Assembly: GCA_964016885.1 (NCBI GenBank)
Contig: OZ024753.1
Location: 43,710,001-43,774,000 of the forward strand
Origin: Eledone cirrhosa
Taxonomy: Eukaryota
Direction of reading: 5' to 3'
Length of the DNA stretch: 64,000 nucleotides
Part shown: positions 1 to 12,708 of the stretch, piece by piece
Layout of the letters: each line of letters starts with the position of its first letter
Position numbering within the stretch: position 1 is the first letter of the stretch
Notes under the pieces: model-generated
Told to the model about the DNA's origin: nothing
Databases searched by the model: none
The model's input: only the letters and a program-made list of their open reading frames with translations
Position numbers and translations under genes: made by a program

Positions 1-287
1 CAACATCTTTGGAAATATCTTTTCTTTTCTCCATATTTCCTGCCAGTTTTATTTCTATTGTTGCTACTTCTATGCATTATGAGTGTCATTATTTCCGCCA
101 ACTATTAAGAATATATCAAATTGGCGAGAAAATAATTTGTAAGAAAGAATGAAAGATAGAAGACAAAAAATAAAGATAGAAGAAAAAATTTAAGATAAAG
201 ATAAAACAATAAGATCTTTAAAAAATGTGTTCAAATTGTGTGTGTATATACATATATATATACATATATATATACATATATATATAC

Positions 288-351
<64 letters not shown>

Positions 352-683
352 CATTTTTTCATTTTAAAAAAAAAATGTATACATATATATATATATATAC
401 TTAAATTGTGTTTTTACATTTAATTTTGCTGTCAGCAGCATGAATGATATTAAATTATATATATATATAACGAAAATAATTACACAAAACCTATTAAGAG
501 ACAGTAATAAATATTACAATGACAACCACTATAGATGTTTAGCTGTTTGTGTTATTTGCAAAGTGATGTCTACTATGTATTTGTGAGATATACAAAATTG
601 TTTAGGTTATATAAACACTATTATCATTCATAATCCTACCTCAGTCGTGTTGTTTAGTTCAGGTTTGTTGTTATGGAAAGTCG

Positions 684-723
<40 letters not shown>

Positions 724-769
724 TGTAGTCGTTGTTGTTGTTGTTGTTTTTGTTGTTGTTGTCGTTGTC

Positions 770-1177
770 CTCAAGCATACCTTCCAGTGGGTCCTCTCAG
801 AAGCAACTGTCTCCAATTGATCCAGCTTGATCCCCCGAAGTGAGACCTGTTGAGCTCAGGGATGTTATTTAACCATCCTGCTTATTATCTAACCCTGGGT
901 CTCCTGCCTGTTGGTTTTGCCCATAAAATCTGTCCAGCGATTCTCTCCTGAGTCGTTCTGACCACATGTCTGTAGTGTCGGAGCTGTGATCTCTCAATTC
1001 AGAGAAGTATTAGCTCTACCTGGAGTGACTCTCTCATCTGTGAGCTATGCACTCTATCAAGTAATGTTACTCCAAAGACCCTTTGGAAGAACCCCATTTC
1101 AGCCCCTTGTATTCACGATCCTATTCTTTTGGTCATTACCCAAGATTCCTGACTATAGGTAAGGATTGGTACAAATA
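770..1177 (-). pseudogene. RTE-clade LINE ORF C-terminal fragment (decayed)
   Basis: The minus strand translates to FVPILTYSQESWVMTKRIGS*IQGAEMGFFQRVFGVTLLDRVHSSQMRESLQVELILL*IERSQLRHYRHVVR...PTGRRPR, which resembles the RTE/Expander post-RT region. It has internal stops and is followed by a simple-repeat tail at 683-770. Confidence 0.85.
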
Positions 1178-1180
1178 CCA

Positions 1181-1365
1181 ATAATTGTTTCTACTTTTAG
1201 CACAAGGCCAGCAATTATCCCAGTGTATTACTGGTACTTTATTTTATCGACCCCGTAAGGATGAAAGGCAAAGTTAAACTCGGCGGGATTTGAATTCAGA
1301 CCATAAAGGGCCGTAACTCTTTGCTGCAAAGCATGGCATCCGACCCTCTACCAATACTGTCAAAT
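1181..1365 (-). mobile_element. tRNA-derived SINE (family A) inserted into the LINE fragment
   Basis: Reverse complement of the family consensus (A-box TGGCAGTATCGG, B-box GAGTTCAAATCC, central GCCTTTCATCCTTACGGGGTCGATAAAATAAAGTACCAGT). A direct repeat CAAATACCAATAAT lies at 1172-1185 and 1361-1374. Confidence 0.85.
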
Positions 1366-2034
1366 ACCAATAATACTGATTAGACAGACAGCTAGGGCAT
1401 ATACTTTGGGCCCACATACTTTAGAGATAGTGCATTATTAAGGGCAGTGTGGGCCTTGACAGTGTTTGAACCCAGAGAACAGAAAGCCAGACAAAATACT
1501 ACAAGTTTTTTATCTGATGATCTAACTTCAAAATAGTAACTTTTCTAAAAAATAACATGTAACCTATAAAGATTGATATAATAGCATCTAACAAAGAATT
1601 GTGATAAAACTAATATTAGCTTCCATTTCTGTAAAGATCAAACATATTACTTTAAATGAATATAAAAGTCTGGTAAGTTTCTATCGTATTTTATAATGAA
1701 TTAATTAAATAAAATCTGGAATCGAGCCATTAGCTTCCTATTATATTCTCCTCTGCCGCTCTTGTGGCACGTCATCTGAAGACTTCTACTTCGACATTTT
1801 GTTTAATTTCATTATGATCATTTTACATTGGACATTTCAAAATATATGTTAACCCCTTCATTATCATCCTTTAATGAAAGTCACTGTCGATATTTTTTCA
1901 AAAAGCAAGAATTTAGAGGGATTTAATAATATAATCAATTTTCTCATTATTTAGGTAGTCTTTGGAAGATTAACAAAGGTCGTTATATGAAATTCTGATG
2001 GAGGTTTTTATTTTTTTTAGATAAAATAAACGCC

Positions 2035-2296
2035 TTAGCCCTTTTGTTACTATATTTCTAATGAAACACACTGCCTATAATTTTCAAATATTTTGGAAAA
2101 TAATCAAGAATTTGGAGAGATTTAGTAATATAACTAACTTTCTCATTGTTAAGTTAGTATCTGGAATATAGCTAAACCAAAGTTTACAAATTTTTATGGA
2201 AGGTCTATAGATAAATATAAACAACACTTCAAAATAAACATCTTAGTTTCATAGGTTTGTGTGTAGTTTCAGACAGTTTGGTATCAAAATGGTTAA
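2035..2296. mobile_element. Old TTAA-flanked MITE-like element (family 2)
   Basis: Ends read TTAGCCCTTTTG...CAAAATGGTTAA. Related internal sequence occurs at about 1849-2030, 8680-8872, 17540-17820 and 55790-56453. Confidence 0.55.
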
Positions 2297-3094
2297 ATTT
2301 TTTAAGAAGTATAAATATGTTGCTGCACTTTGTACCATAAATCCGAAAATTTATTCAAAAGAGTTTTTCATCCATATTAGCATAACATAGAGTTGAAAAG
2401 TTTTCAGCCCATTCTTCCTTGGCTAACCCCCTCCCCTCCTGAACCTTCATATGAATTTCAGTTTGTATTTTTCACATATTAAAACTTAATATTAGGCTTT
2501 TGCAGTGCATCTCACAGTACATCAGAGCACCATGGTACACGATTTGGGAACCACTGCAATAAGATGTGCCGAAGCAGCCAGTTTAGTCACAGACAACATT
2601 ACAAACCATTTAATGAGATATAAACCATGATTTCTCTGTCTGTCTGTTAGTCAATATCTCATATTATATCAGTCAATTTTCATTCTGGTCATGAAAGAAT
2701 ACATATAAGTAATTAAAAACGCTATTTTCTAAAAACACTTAAAAAATCTGTCGTAATGACACAAGTCAGATTTTCTTTCTGAAAGGATTTACAAGTAATC
2801 AATTTATTTGTTATATTTCATAGTTTCATATTTAACTTGAAGTGATTATCAAGTGTTATCTTAACACTAAACATTTCAAAATATTTGGTGAACGTTTGAC
2901 AGGCAACTGTTTGTGGTTTCTTGATTTATATTTTGTTTATTTCTTTAAAATAATCTGTTGTAATTAAGCTTAGCAAATGATTGTGTTTGGTAATTAATGT
3001 GAAGAAAAATATGACATAGTTTTCAAAACATTCTCTGATGTCTTACATTTGCAATAAGAAAAGTATTTTCTATTTTGCAATTTCAATATGTGCC

Positions 3095-3428
3095 TAGATA
3101 GGCAATGACACACGACCGTGACTTCTGGTGTCACACAGTAATACAGAGTACCCGACCTCCCATGGGTACAAGCTGAAGCATATAGACAATATGCCCCCAC
3201 ACCCCTCACCGCAAGGTGGTCGTGGAGGTGCCACGGCAAAAGAGCACCCAGTACTCACTGTAAATGAGGTTGGTGTTAGGAAGGGCATCTAGCTGTAGAA
3301 ATCAAGCCAAATCAGTTCCTGTATGAGCAAGGCATGGTCAGCCGACCGGCTACTGCCTACAACAGGACAACCCGTCTAACCCATGCTAGCGTGGAAGAAC
3401 GGACGTAAAACGGTGATGATGATGATGA
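3095..3428 (+). mobile_element. RTE-related 3' tail / non-autonomous element
   Basis: Contains GTTGGTGTTAGGAAGGGCATC and ends CCATGCTAGCGTGGAAGAACGGACGTAAAACG followed by (GAT)n, as in the RTE LINE 3' end at 38200-38355. Confidence 0.7.
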
Positions 3429-4199
3429 TATTTAAATGTGTAGGCACGGCTGTATTAGCCATTAAGTAAAATATACAAATGCTTAGGGCATCAAGGAAAG
3501 AGGGATACCATTTTATTTAAATTAATTGTGTTTGCCATTAAAAAAAATTAAATTACAAACTTTATATATGAGGTGGGCGACGTCATAATCTTTTAAGTGC
3601 TTCGGGCTTCAAAAGGATTTAATCTATCTTCATTGTAAATGTGATTACATATCAATAGCTAGTATGGTTGATCTGAAGCCAGTTTGGTCAGGGTAAATAT
3701 ATTTATCAAATAAGACTGACTGTATGAAACCTTTTAGTTCTAACTTTGAAATTATATTTCCACTTTTACAGCTTCATTGTCATTATCATTTTTACATCCA
3801 TTCCATGCTTGTGTGGGTTGGATGGGTTCTCTTCAGCACAGCATCTCTTCACTCACTATGTTCCTTCGTCATCTACTCTGTGAGTCTCACCACCTCCACC
3901 CAGGTTTTCTTTGTATATTGTACATCTTACATGTTTCAATGTGAATAGAATGTATTATCAAACAAGACGTACAAGAAAACACAGCATCTCTCTCTTACTA
4001 TATATATATATATATATATATATGTAGTACAAAACTGCATGTGAACATATATCTTCATGTAAATATGTGTACGAAGTTAATTACATGTATATACACACAC
4101 CAAACTGCATAAAATTTTTTGTATTTTCATTGGTCAATTTGAACTCTGTTCCCAAACGGACCTGAAATTTTGAATTGTTGTTATTATCAATAAATATAT

Positions 4200-4354
4200 T
4201 TCATTATTTCTGAAGACGGCATATATATGTGTTTGGTATGTATATTTAATTTTGATAGTTTGTATAATTTTGTATAATTTTGTACATAGATCTGTTGAAT
4301 ATGCATGCCAATTCTAACACATATATATCCTAGAAACGATCGTTAAATAATGAA
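4200..4354 (+). ncRNA. Type-I hammerhead ribozyme with long stem II
   Basis: Stem I TTCATTATTT (4200-4209) pairs with AAATAATGAA (4345-4354). Core CTGAAGA at 4210-4216, GAAA at 4333-4336, stem III A-CGATCG-T, triplet GUU. Stem II includes ATATATATGTGTT/AACACATATATAT and TTGGTATGTATATTTAA/TTGAATATGCATGCCAA. Confidence 0.8.
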
Positions 4355-5133
4355 CTTTTTTTGTTTAATATAAGGAACTGTTTCATTGTTTTATTCATTA
4401 TTTTTTTAATATTTTATATATATATATATATTTCGCTCTCCACCTATCTCTCTCTCGATTTCTATCACTACCCCTTTCTCTATCTCCACCTATTCCTTTC
4501 AAAACTCTTCCCCTCTTTCTGGCTTTCTCTCATCTAAACACAGCATACATCCTCCACTCACCTCGCCTATTTCTCAACATACACACGGCACACATACTAA
4601 CATATATATATTTAGTTTTAAAAATACCCTCATGACAAAGTCTTCAAAATAAGGGTCACCCAGGACAAAGACAATGGAAAAAACAACAGAAATATGGACA
4701 GATCTACCTATATATATACACACATACACACACATACGCACATATATATATGCACATATATATATTTATTGATGTAATGTTTGCAAAGACATTGTCACAC
4801 AGACACACATACCTTTGACATAATGACTTGTATCCAAGATTTGATGATTGTGGCTTGTCAACTTAAATATTCAACTTCATAGGTTTATAAATCCAAATTC
4901 ATCTTCTTAATAACGCCACTTGAAGCTTAATAATCTTCTTTTTCTTCTTCTTCTTCTTCTTCTCAAACACAGATTATCTTCTTTGTGAAGTTTAGCTTTC
5001 TGCTTAATACTTCATAAACATTATAAAAAGTTTCAAAACTCAAATATTTAGCTAAAGAAAACTATGCATAACACCCTACATACACATATTTACCCACACA
5101 TATATACCTATTTTGCTATTACACATGCACGCA

Positions 5134-5201
<68 letters not shown>

Positions 5202-5875
5202 CACATACACATATGTATTCTTTGAATCAGTTATTTTCAGTTTCAAACAAGAAATAATTTATTTACTTAATATTTCTCGGTATTTTTTTTTCAATATATT
5301 TCAGATGAATTTACAAATAAATACATAACCTTTTGATTTTAACTAAAATTTATTTTCACTAAGATTTTACTCACCCCTTCTCCTCCATATTGCAATTGTT
5401 TTTTACACATAATTTTATTTATATTATTTTATTTAGACTTAATACTTTAAACTATTTATGGAGCAGCTTTTTTCATAATTATATTATTTTTATGTTGATT
5501 TTTTTTTTAATATAAAATATTTTTTGCATAGTTTTAAATGTATTTTTCCTTTTTCCCATTTCACCTTTCTTGTGCTTAAAGAGTATTATAAGATCTGTCT
5601 TGTTTTTTGTCAATGCTTGAATGTTTTATCTAGAATGCCATTGTTTTAATTCATGTTCTGTCATGGCTTAAGATTTTTCTCATTTCTTAACCCCTAAAAA
5701 TATAGTTCCAAACTGTTTCTTGTTTCCAGAGCCAGTTTTAGTTTTTTAGGGGGTAAGAAATATTTCTCAGGTAAAAAAATATCTAAATTTCAAACAATGA
5801 AGTTTACTATCATAAATAATATTCATATGAAATTGTCTGTACATTGTGTTTCATTTGATATTTCATATATCTATA

Positions 5876-5920
<45 letters not shown>

Positions 5921-6025
5921 TTATAAATATATATATATAAGGTAGAAACAATTATATATATATATATATCATCATCATCATCATCATCAACGTTTAACGT
6001 CCGTGTTCCACGCTTGCATGGGTTT

Positions 6026-6084
<59 letters not shown>

Positions 6085-6087
<3 letters not shown>

Positions 6088-6194
6088 GTTTCTACCTTTG
6101 GCACAAGGCCAGCCATTATTCCAGTGTATTACTGGTACTTTATTTTATCAACCCCGTAAGGATGAAAGGCAAAGTTAACCTCGGCGGGATTTGA
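6085..6194 (-). mobile_element. SINE family A, 3' half only
   Basis: Matches the reverse complement of the consensus from the B-box to the tail; flanked by (TA)n. Confidence 0.8.
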
Positions 6195-6215
6195 TATATT
6201 ATATAAATATATATC

Positions 6216-6250
<35 letters not shown>

Positions 6251-6253
<3 letters not shown>

Positions 6254-6360
6254 GATATTAAATAAATGCAAACTATATTTATAAAACCATATTTATTCTA
6301 TTATATATAATAGAATAAATATGATTTTATAAATATAGTTTCCATTTATTTAATATCATT
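6251..6360. repeat. Fold-back palindrome (~55-bp arms)
   Basis: AATGATATTAAATAAATG...TTCTATTA TATA TAATAGAA...CATTTATTTAATATCATT. The right arm continues to about 6450 as a homolog of 63545-63690. Confidence 0.85.
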
Positions 6361-6473
6361 GAATATTATACTCCAGAAAACTGTTGAGTGCTTCGAATCA
6401 GTTATAAACATATATTTGTTGAATTACCAACAAATTAAATATACCTTTTGCTTATATATATATATATATATAT

Positions 6474-7205
6474 ATTATGAAGAGAGAAGAAACATTTAGA
6501 TATAATTAGTAATAAAATGTATCATACCTAAACTGTTCCTAAATTCCTCGACTACGTAGTTTCGTGGCATAAATGTATATATGTGTGTGTCCGCATGTAT
6601 CTGTGTGTTTCTAAATGTATTAATAACTCCCTCTGGTCGAGCAATCTTTGAAGTGTGGGGACAACTGGAAAGCTTCCATTACTCATACTTCTCGCCTTCT
6701 TCACTACCTCTTCTACGGCCTCGATATGAATACCCCCTCCGCCTCCGTGGTATTTTTTTCGTGGTTATAAGAGGCTTAGCTCTGTTTCTCGACCGTTATA
6801 TCGCGTGACTATCTCCCACTCCGCCTTTTGGGATTCTTTCTCACGTCGTGTAGACGCGTTCTTGAGACTAGTAAAATGAGGTATCCTCTTGATAAGTCGG
6901 CAGACCTCGCAAGGACTCTATATCTTTGATATATTGTTTTTGTTTATGCCACGAAACTACGTAGTCGAGGAATTTAGGAACAGTTTAGGTATGATACATT
7001 TTATTACTAATTATATCTAAATGTTTCTTCTCTCTTCATAATGTATTTTTAACTCTGATACTGGTTCAGTCTGGTTCAAACTGAATTGGTCTGTCCCAGT
7101 CATTCATTGAGCAACATCGGTGAAGTTGGCACCCTTAACTCACAGTTGGGTGCGGATGCATTCATGTATATATGTGTGTGTCCGCATGTATCTGTGTGTT
7201 TCTAA

Positions 7206-7211
<6 letters not shown>
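6474..7211 (+). mobile_element. HHR-bearing non-coding element with 5' inverted duplication and terminal direct repeat (Penelope-like inferred)
   Basis: 6474-6573 is the reverse complement of 6943-7042. A 48-bp direct repeat lies at 6573-6620 and 7164-7211. Both flanks are (TA)n. Confidence 0.7.
6884..6971 (+). ncRNA. Type-I hammerhead ribozyme, U3-A8 core variant
   Basis: TCCTC / TTGATAA / stem II GT(C)GGCA...TGCCAC / GAAA / CTACGTAG / TC / GAGGA, giving a GUC cleavage triplet. Confidence 0.7.
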
Positions 7212-7237
<26 letters not shown>

Positions 7238-7239
<2 letters not shown>

Positions 7240-7560
7240 ATCCAATCCAGGTCCTTCTCACTCCTGTTGGGGGAACCCCTCTCTGGTTGATTTCTATTGC
7301 TTTCTGTTTGGTTTTGGTCATGTCCAGGGTGTAACCATATTTGGCCAATTACAGATTTGTAAGGCTATTTAACCCATAGTTGTGGTCGATGGTCATTGAT
7401 TCTCAGGAGCTCATACACCCTTTTAACAGCTTTAGATTTTTGTGCTGCTGGGGTTCTACTTACTCTCCCCCACCAGACTGGTTTAGTCACCGTTGCCTCA
7501 AACAGGAAACGGGTTGTACTGAGTTATATGGTGCCAGTAACAGGCAGAAGCCTCACCTGA
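7238..7560 (-). mobile_element. Dispersed repeat fragment homologous to 47880-48135
   Basis: The reverse complement shares AGCTGTTAAAAGGGTG, CAACTATGGGTTAAATAGC, ACATGACCAAAACCAAACAGAAAG and the unit of the 61-bp array. Confidence 0.7.
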
Positions 7561-9599
7561 CCAATATATATATATATATATTTATGTGTGTGTGTATAAA
7601 TAAATAAAGACCTACAGAACATTTAATTTGATATATTTGATTTTCTTAGCTTTTTACTTTATACTAAATATATTCTTCCTTTTCCATTCTACTGCACAAT
7701 ATTAAGCACTTTCCATGCTTTTGAGATATATCATTGGATTTCCATAATCTGGATATCACATATCAAAATGAATTTCCGACTAAACCAAAGTCTTTCTATT
7801 ATCTTGGACTTTCATGCATACATATACTTCTTGTTAAAAAAGAAAAAAAAAATGCAATTGATTTAAAATCTAGTCTCATTCAGGTAGTACTAGCAGCTTA
7901 ACTATGATTCTGGTTTAAGCCAGTTGCAATAACTGCATAGTAGCTGATAAAGTTGAATTATGTGTCACTTGCTGATTGGCAACCTAGGTTATAACTTAAA
8001 GTTACCATGTTGTACACCTCAAAGAATCAAACAACTTTGAAGGTAAGAAACAAAGAAAATGGTTGCATGGTTGGATTCGAAAAATCTTTTACATCAATCA
8101 TTTGGGAGATATTAATCTAATCTTCTAAATCCCTCGTAAGAAGTCACTTAGAAATACCATCATAGTATCATCCATTCTGGTTACTATAGCAACTCTTCAG
8201 AATATACAAAGATGATGTTGCATTAAATCCTCAAAGCCTATGTATGAGGTGATGTGAAAAAAAAGCCAGACTATTAAAATTGCACCTTAAATCTGATTTT
8301 TACCAAAATCTTCATAAAAGAATCAAAGAAAAAGATGGAAAAAAAAAGAAAGAAGATTGAATGATTTCCATCTTGTTTTTTAAAGAGTTCTCTACTCCAT
8401 CATTTTCAGTATTAGATATATAAAAATACTAAAATCTCAATATTTAGCCTGGAACCTAACTTCTGTTATGTATCTGTTTGCTATTTATGTCATCAATTTA
8501 AACGTCCATATAGAGCTAGTAAGCCATGACAGACTAGGGAAAATATCTAGCTCTTCTTACAGTTGAGAAGCAAAAAAAAAAAAAAAAGGATATACCAAGA
8601 GAAGTGAATATAAAAATAAAATAAAAAATAGGAAGCAAGGCAGTTGTAAAGCTGGTAGGAGGTTCTGTATTTCAATTAATTAATGAAGAATTTGGAGGGA
8701 TTTATTAAACTTATTAATTATTTTATTACTGAGATATTAACTTAACATATGGTTCTAATACAAAATTATATTGGAAGATTTTAATTTAAATAGAAATCAT
8801 TTAAAATGCGTGGTTTTTTTTTTTTCATAGAAGTAGAACTGGTTTTAGCTAAGTTGTTATGAAAAAGGTTAAGTGGAAGGAGTATAAATTGTATAGATTG
8901 TCCTTGTATAACAACACCTGTTTGTATCATTAATACAAAATCTAATAATTTCTTTCAAATAAAGCTGCTGGCTATATTTTCGAATCTGAGTATAAATCGG
9001 TATTGCTATTTCTCTCGGTAACGTTAAATTAGAAATACACAGGACAAAATAATAAATGAAAACATTTGTATACATCATATTCCATTGGTTGCATATTGTT
9101 GTTTATTGACCTGTTGGTGGCAACTAACTAACCAGTGAATACAAGAATTGTTGTTTTAGAATAACATGACCCCAGGGGTCAAATTGTTTAAAATGGTGAC
9201 TTATGGGAAAATATAAAGACTTTTTTTTTATCATACAAAAGAGTAGATTGCCATTTCGTTGGTCTTCAAGTATTCTTTACAATATTTGATAAAAATTGTT
9301 TTTCTTGTATTGATTTATTAAACCACATTGGCAGCCGTATCTTTACCATTTTAATGTGTGCCATATATTATTTTGTGATTATTAAATTAAAAATTATTGT
9401 GAAACCTAAATCATAAATTTAATTTATGATTGCACTAAAATGTTTCAAAAAATACAACCAATCATTTCTGGTATAAACTATTTGAGTCTGAAACTATATT
9501 TACGTTGTTGAATAGCATCCAAATCTAACATACAGGGTATCAAAATATTCCTGAAAATATTTTAAAAGTCTTAATATTCATTACCATCATTATCATTGT

Positions 9600-10215
9600 C
9601 ATCATCATCGCCATTGTCATCAAAATTTGACATACCCTTTTCCATGGTTGTATGGATTAAATGGCTATTTTTCAACACAGTCTATTTTTTCTACTCATTG
9701 TGTTCCATCACAATCTTCTCTGTGAGCTTCACTGGGTCTTCCTCAGTCTTCCTTTACTGCATCCTCTGTCCACTGGAATCTCTTGGCACTTTTTTACCCC
9801 ATAATCATCGTCCATATGTATCGCATGTCCACACCAGTTTTATCTTCTTTCTAGCATATTACATTTGATTCCTCTTACACCTAGTTTGGCCTATTAACTA
9901 ATTCATGCTTCATTGTTCAGAGACTTTGATATTACACATTCAATGGAGCATGCTTGATTCATTCTTCTCCAACCTTTGAATATCTTCTGCATTTACTGCC
10001 CATGTCTCATTGCACTTCTTGCACAAGCACCAGACAGTCTATCTTTCACTCAGAGTTAGAAACCCTTGGTTATCAACAGATGTAACAGTTTCCTGAACTT
10101 ATTCTATCTCACTCTTATTCTCAATACCAAGTTTTCCGAATGAACCTCCCCACTTGCTAATCATGTAACCTAAGTAACAGAAGCTATCAACTACTTCTAT
10201 GGTACCTTCTTGACA
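9600..10215 (-). pseudogene. RTE LINE 3' fragment (decayed)
   Basis: Minus-strand pieces IEVVDSFCYLG, NKFRKLLHLLITKG, ETWAVNAEDIQRLEKNESSML and LGVRGIKC, with frameshifts and stops. Confidence 0.75.
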
Positions 10216-10756
10216 TTAGAAAAAGTATATTTTTCTGATGCTTTTATAAATACTGTAACTACTGACCCTCAAGACAGGTGAAAGGGCCAAATCTCACCTG
10301 GATGTTCCAATCAGTTTTGGTGGCAGAGTTGAATAATTATTGAAATATTTGTAATGCCTCATTAGTTAGTTGTTACCAACAAAATCATAAATAAGTATGA
10401 GGCTTTAAAGAAATAATTATTAGGGTCAATATGATTAAAATCTCTTTAATATATATATATATACCAATACAAATTCTCCCCTTTGATAATGCATAACATG
10501 CTGAAACCGCTAATAGACAATTATTAAATATATAAATAAATAAATAAATAAATGCCATTGTTAATTAATAAATAAACTAACTAATACCTTAACACTTCAC
10601 ACAAAGTAAAATATTTTATTTTAAACATTTTCTAACCCAGAAAAAAGAGAAAAAAATAAAAGGAAAAAAAAATATTGTTCTTCCTAATAATTGTCTTTTT
10701 CTCCCTATTTACATATATATATATTCCAACTTATGTGCTCCTTCTCCACATTTTAT

Positions 10757-10793
<37 letters not shown>

Positions 10794-11033
10794 GTAGAAA
10801 CTGCTGGGGCCTGATAGCTGAGTTCCTACAATTTCGGCAGCTAATTCCAGACACATATATATATATATAGAGAGAGAGGGAGAGATTTTGAGTATATGTT
10901 GGTTGTATACCAACACCTCAGTATGCAGGCTGGAGCACTCGATGAAGTGCGCAGGTTGGTTTGGTTACTCCGGAGTAATGTAAAATAAAGTAAAATAAAT
11001 AAGTCAAATGTTTAAAATTTAGCTTCGTTTATT

Positions 11034-11088
11034 ACTGCTATATATATTTCGGTGACAGCCATCTTTGGCTGTGACCTCTTCAGGCAGT
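11034..11088 (-). ncRNA. Type-I hammerhead ribozyme (intact core)
   Basis: Minus strand reads ACTGC CTGAAGA GGTCACAGCCA-AAGA-TGGCTGTCACC GAAA TATATA TA GCAGT. Confidence 0.85.
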
Positions 11089-11206
11089 CCGAATTAGTGT
11101 GATATAGACAAGTACATATGTTGCTGAGGTGTATAATTTTGTCAATACTCTGACAAAATTTTACACCTCAACAACATATGTACTTGTCTATACCACACTA
11201 ATTCGG

Positions 11207-11261
11207 ACTGCCTGAAGAGGTCACAGCCAAAGATGGCTGTCACCAAAATATATATAGCAGT
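11207..11261 (+). ncRNA. Hammerhead ribozyme copy with G12A substitution
   Basis: Mirror copy of 11034-11088, but GAAA reads AAAA at 11245. Confidence 0.75.
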
Positions 11262-11529
11262 AATAAACGAAGCTAAATTTTAAACATTTGACTTATTTAT
11301 TTTACTTTATATATATATATATATATAATTGGCGATATTTTCACACAAACACAGACAATTATATATATATATATAAATATGCATACACAAACGCACACAT
11401 ATACATATATATATATATACCATTTACCCTATGGACGTTAAATGATGATGATGATGATGATATATATATATATATCTAACCCATGCTAGCGTGGAAGATG
11501 GACGTTAAACGATGATGATGATGATATGT

Positions 11530-11571
<42 letters not shown>

Positions 11572-11959
11572 ATATATATATATATATGTGTGTTAGTTTA
11601 TTTCATTTTGCATACATTGTAACAAATAGATGTGTAAGAAAATGAAATTTTGAAGAGATTCTCTTTAATTTCATTACATCTCCATCAGCAATAGCCTGTT
11701 CCAGAGATATTTGGATCTTCAGCTTATGGCTTCTTAAGCTATTCCGGTCTGTTACACTGACGTATCTCATCAATGAATCGTAATGAAATCCTACTGTGTA
11801 TGCCATATCAGTGCCTTCACATATATTTCAGAAACAACTTCAAATTCAAATTCTACTGAGTAATTCCTACTCACCCCACAAACCCACTCCACCCCACCCT
11901 ACAAACCCTGTTTAAGATGATAATCCTCTCATACTGTGCTTATTATTATGTAATCTTGA

Positions 11960-12708
11960 GGTTTGGCAGTATCACTATAGTATCGAACAACTTACTTTCT
12001 GGCATATCGTTATGGTTCATTACAGTCTGAGTTCAAATCCCACCGAGGTTAGCTTTGCCTTTCATCCTTATGGGGTCGATAAAATAAAGCACCTGTCAAT
12101 AAAGAACTGGGGCCAATTTATTTGACTTCCCCTATTCTAAAATTGTTGGTCTTGTCTCTAAATCAAAAACCATTACTACATAAGTGTGGTGGATTGGCAG
12201 TAACGGTAAAGGGTATGATGGCATGCTTTGCAGCACAGAGTTACGGCCCTTTATGGTCTGAGTTCAAATCCCGCCGAGGTTAACTTTGCCTTTCATCCTT
12301 ACGGGGTCGATAAAATAAAGTACCAGTAATACACTGGGATAATTGCTGGCCTTGTGCCAAAAGTAGAAACAATTATTACAGAATCTTGAGGCCAAATATT
12401 TCCGAAAGCTCTACACTTCATTTCTTAAAATTATACATAAGAATTTGTGATTTCAGTAGAATATAGTGAAGTAATATTTGAAGAAGAAATGGCGGTGGAT
12501 TGGCAGTATCGGTAGAGCGTTGGATATCATGTTTTGCAGCATAGAGTTATGTCCCTCTATGATCTGATTTCAAATCCTGCTGAGGTTAACTTTACCTTTT
12601 ATCCTTACGGGGTCGATGAAATAAAGTACCAGTCACGCACCGAAGTCGATTTAATCGACTTTCCCCTCCCCAAAAATTTCTGGCCTTGTGCCTATATAAG
12701 AAACCAAT
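11960..12708 (+). mobile_element. Three SINE family A copies (~11960-12172, 12183-12378, 12491-12708)
   Basis: Each has the A-box, B-box, central domain and 3' GGCCTTGTGCC-type tail. Confidence 0.85.

Larger units (their letters stand above)
10985..11310. repeat. 326-bp near-perfect palindrome (160-bp arms, 6-nt loop at 11145-11150)
   Basis: The arms are reverse complements with about 4 mismatches counted by eye. Confidence 0.95.

Noticed and set aside
8869-9078. 69-aa ORF with a hydrophobic N-terminus
   Set aside because: Short and AT-rich, with no homology I can recognise.
10478-10520. TTGATAA-TGCATAACATGCT-GAAACCGCTA hammerhead-like motif
   Set aside because: Stem I does not pair; at best a decayed copy.
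11603-11830. Non-repetitive 67-aa ORF, possible exon
   Set aside because: No recognisable domain and no convincing splice sites; RNA-seq or tBLASTn would be needed.
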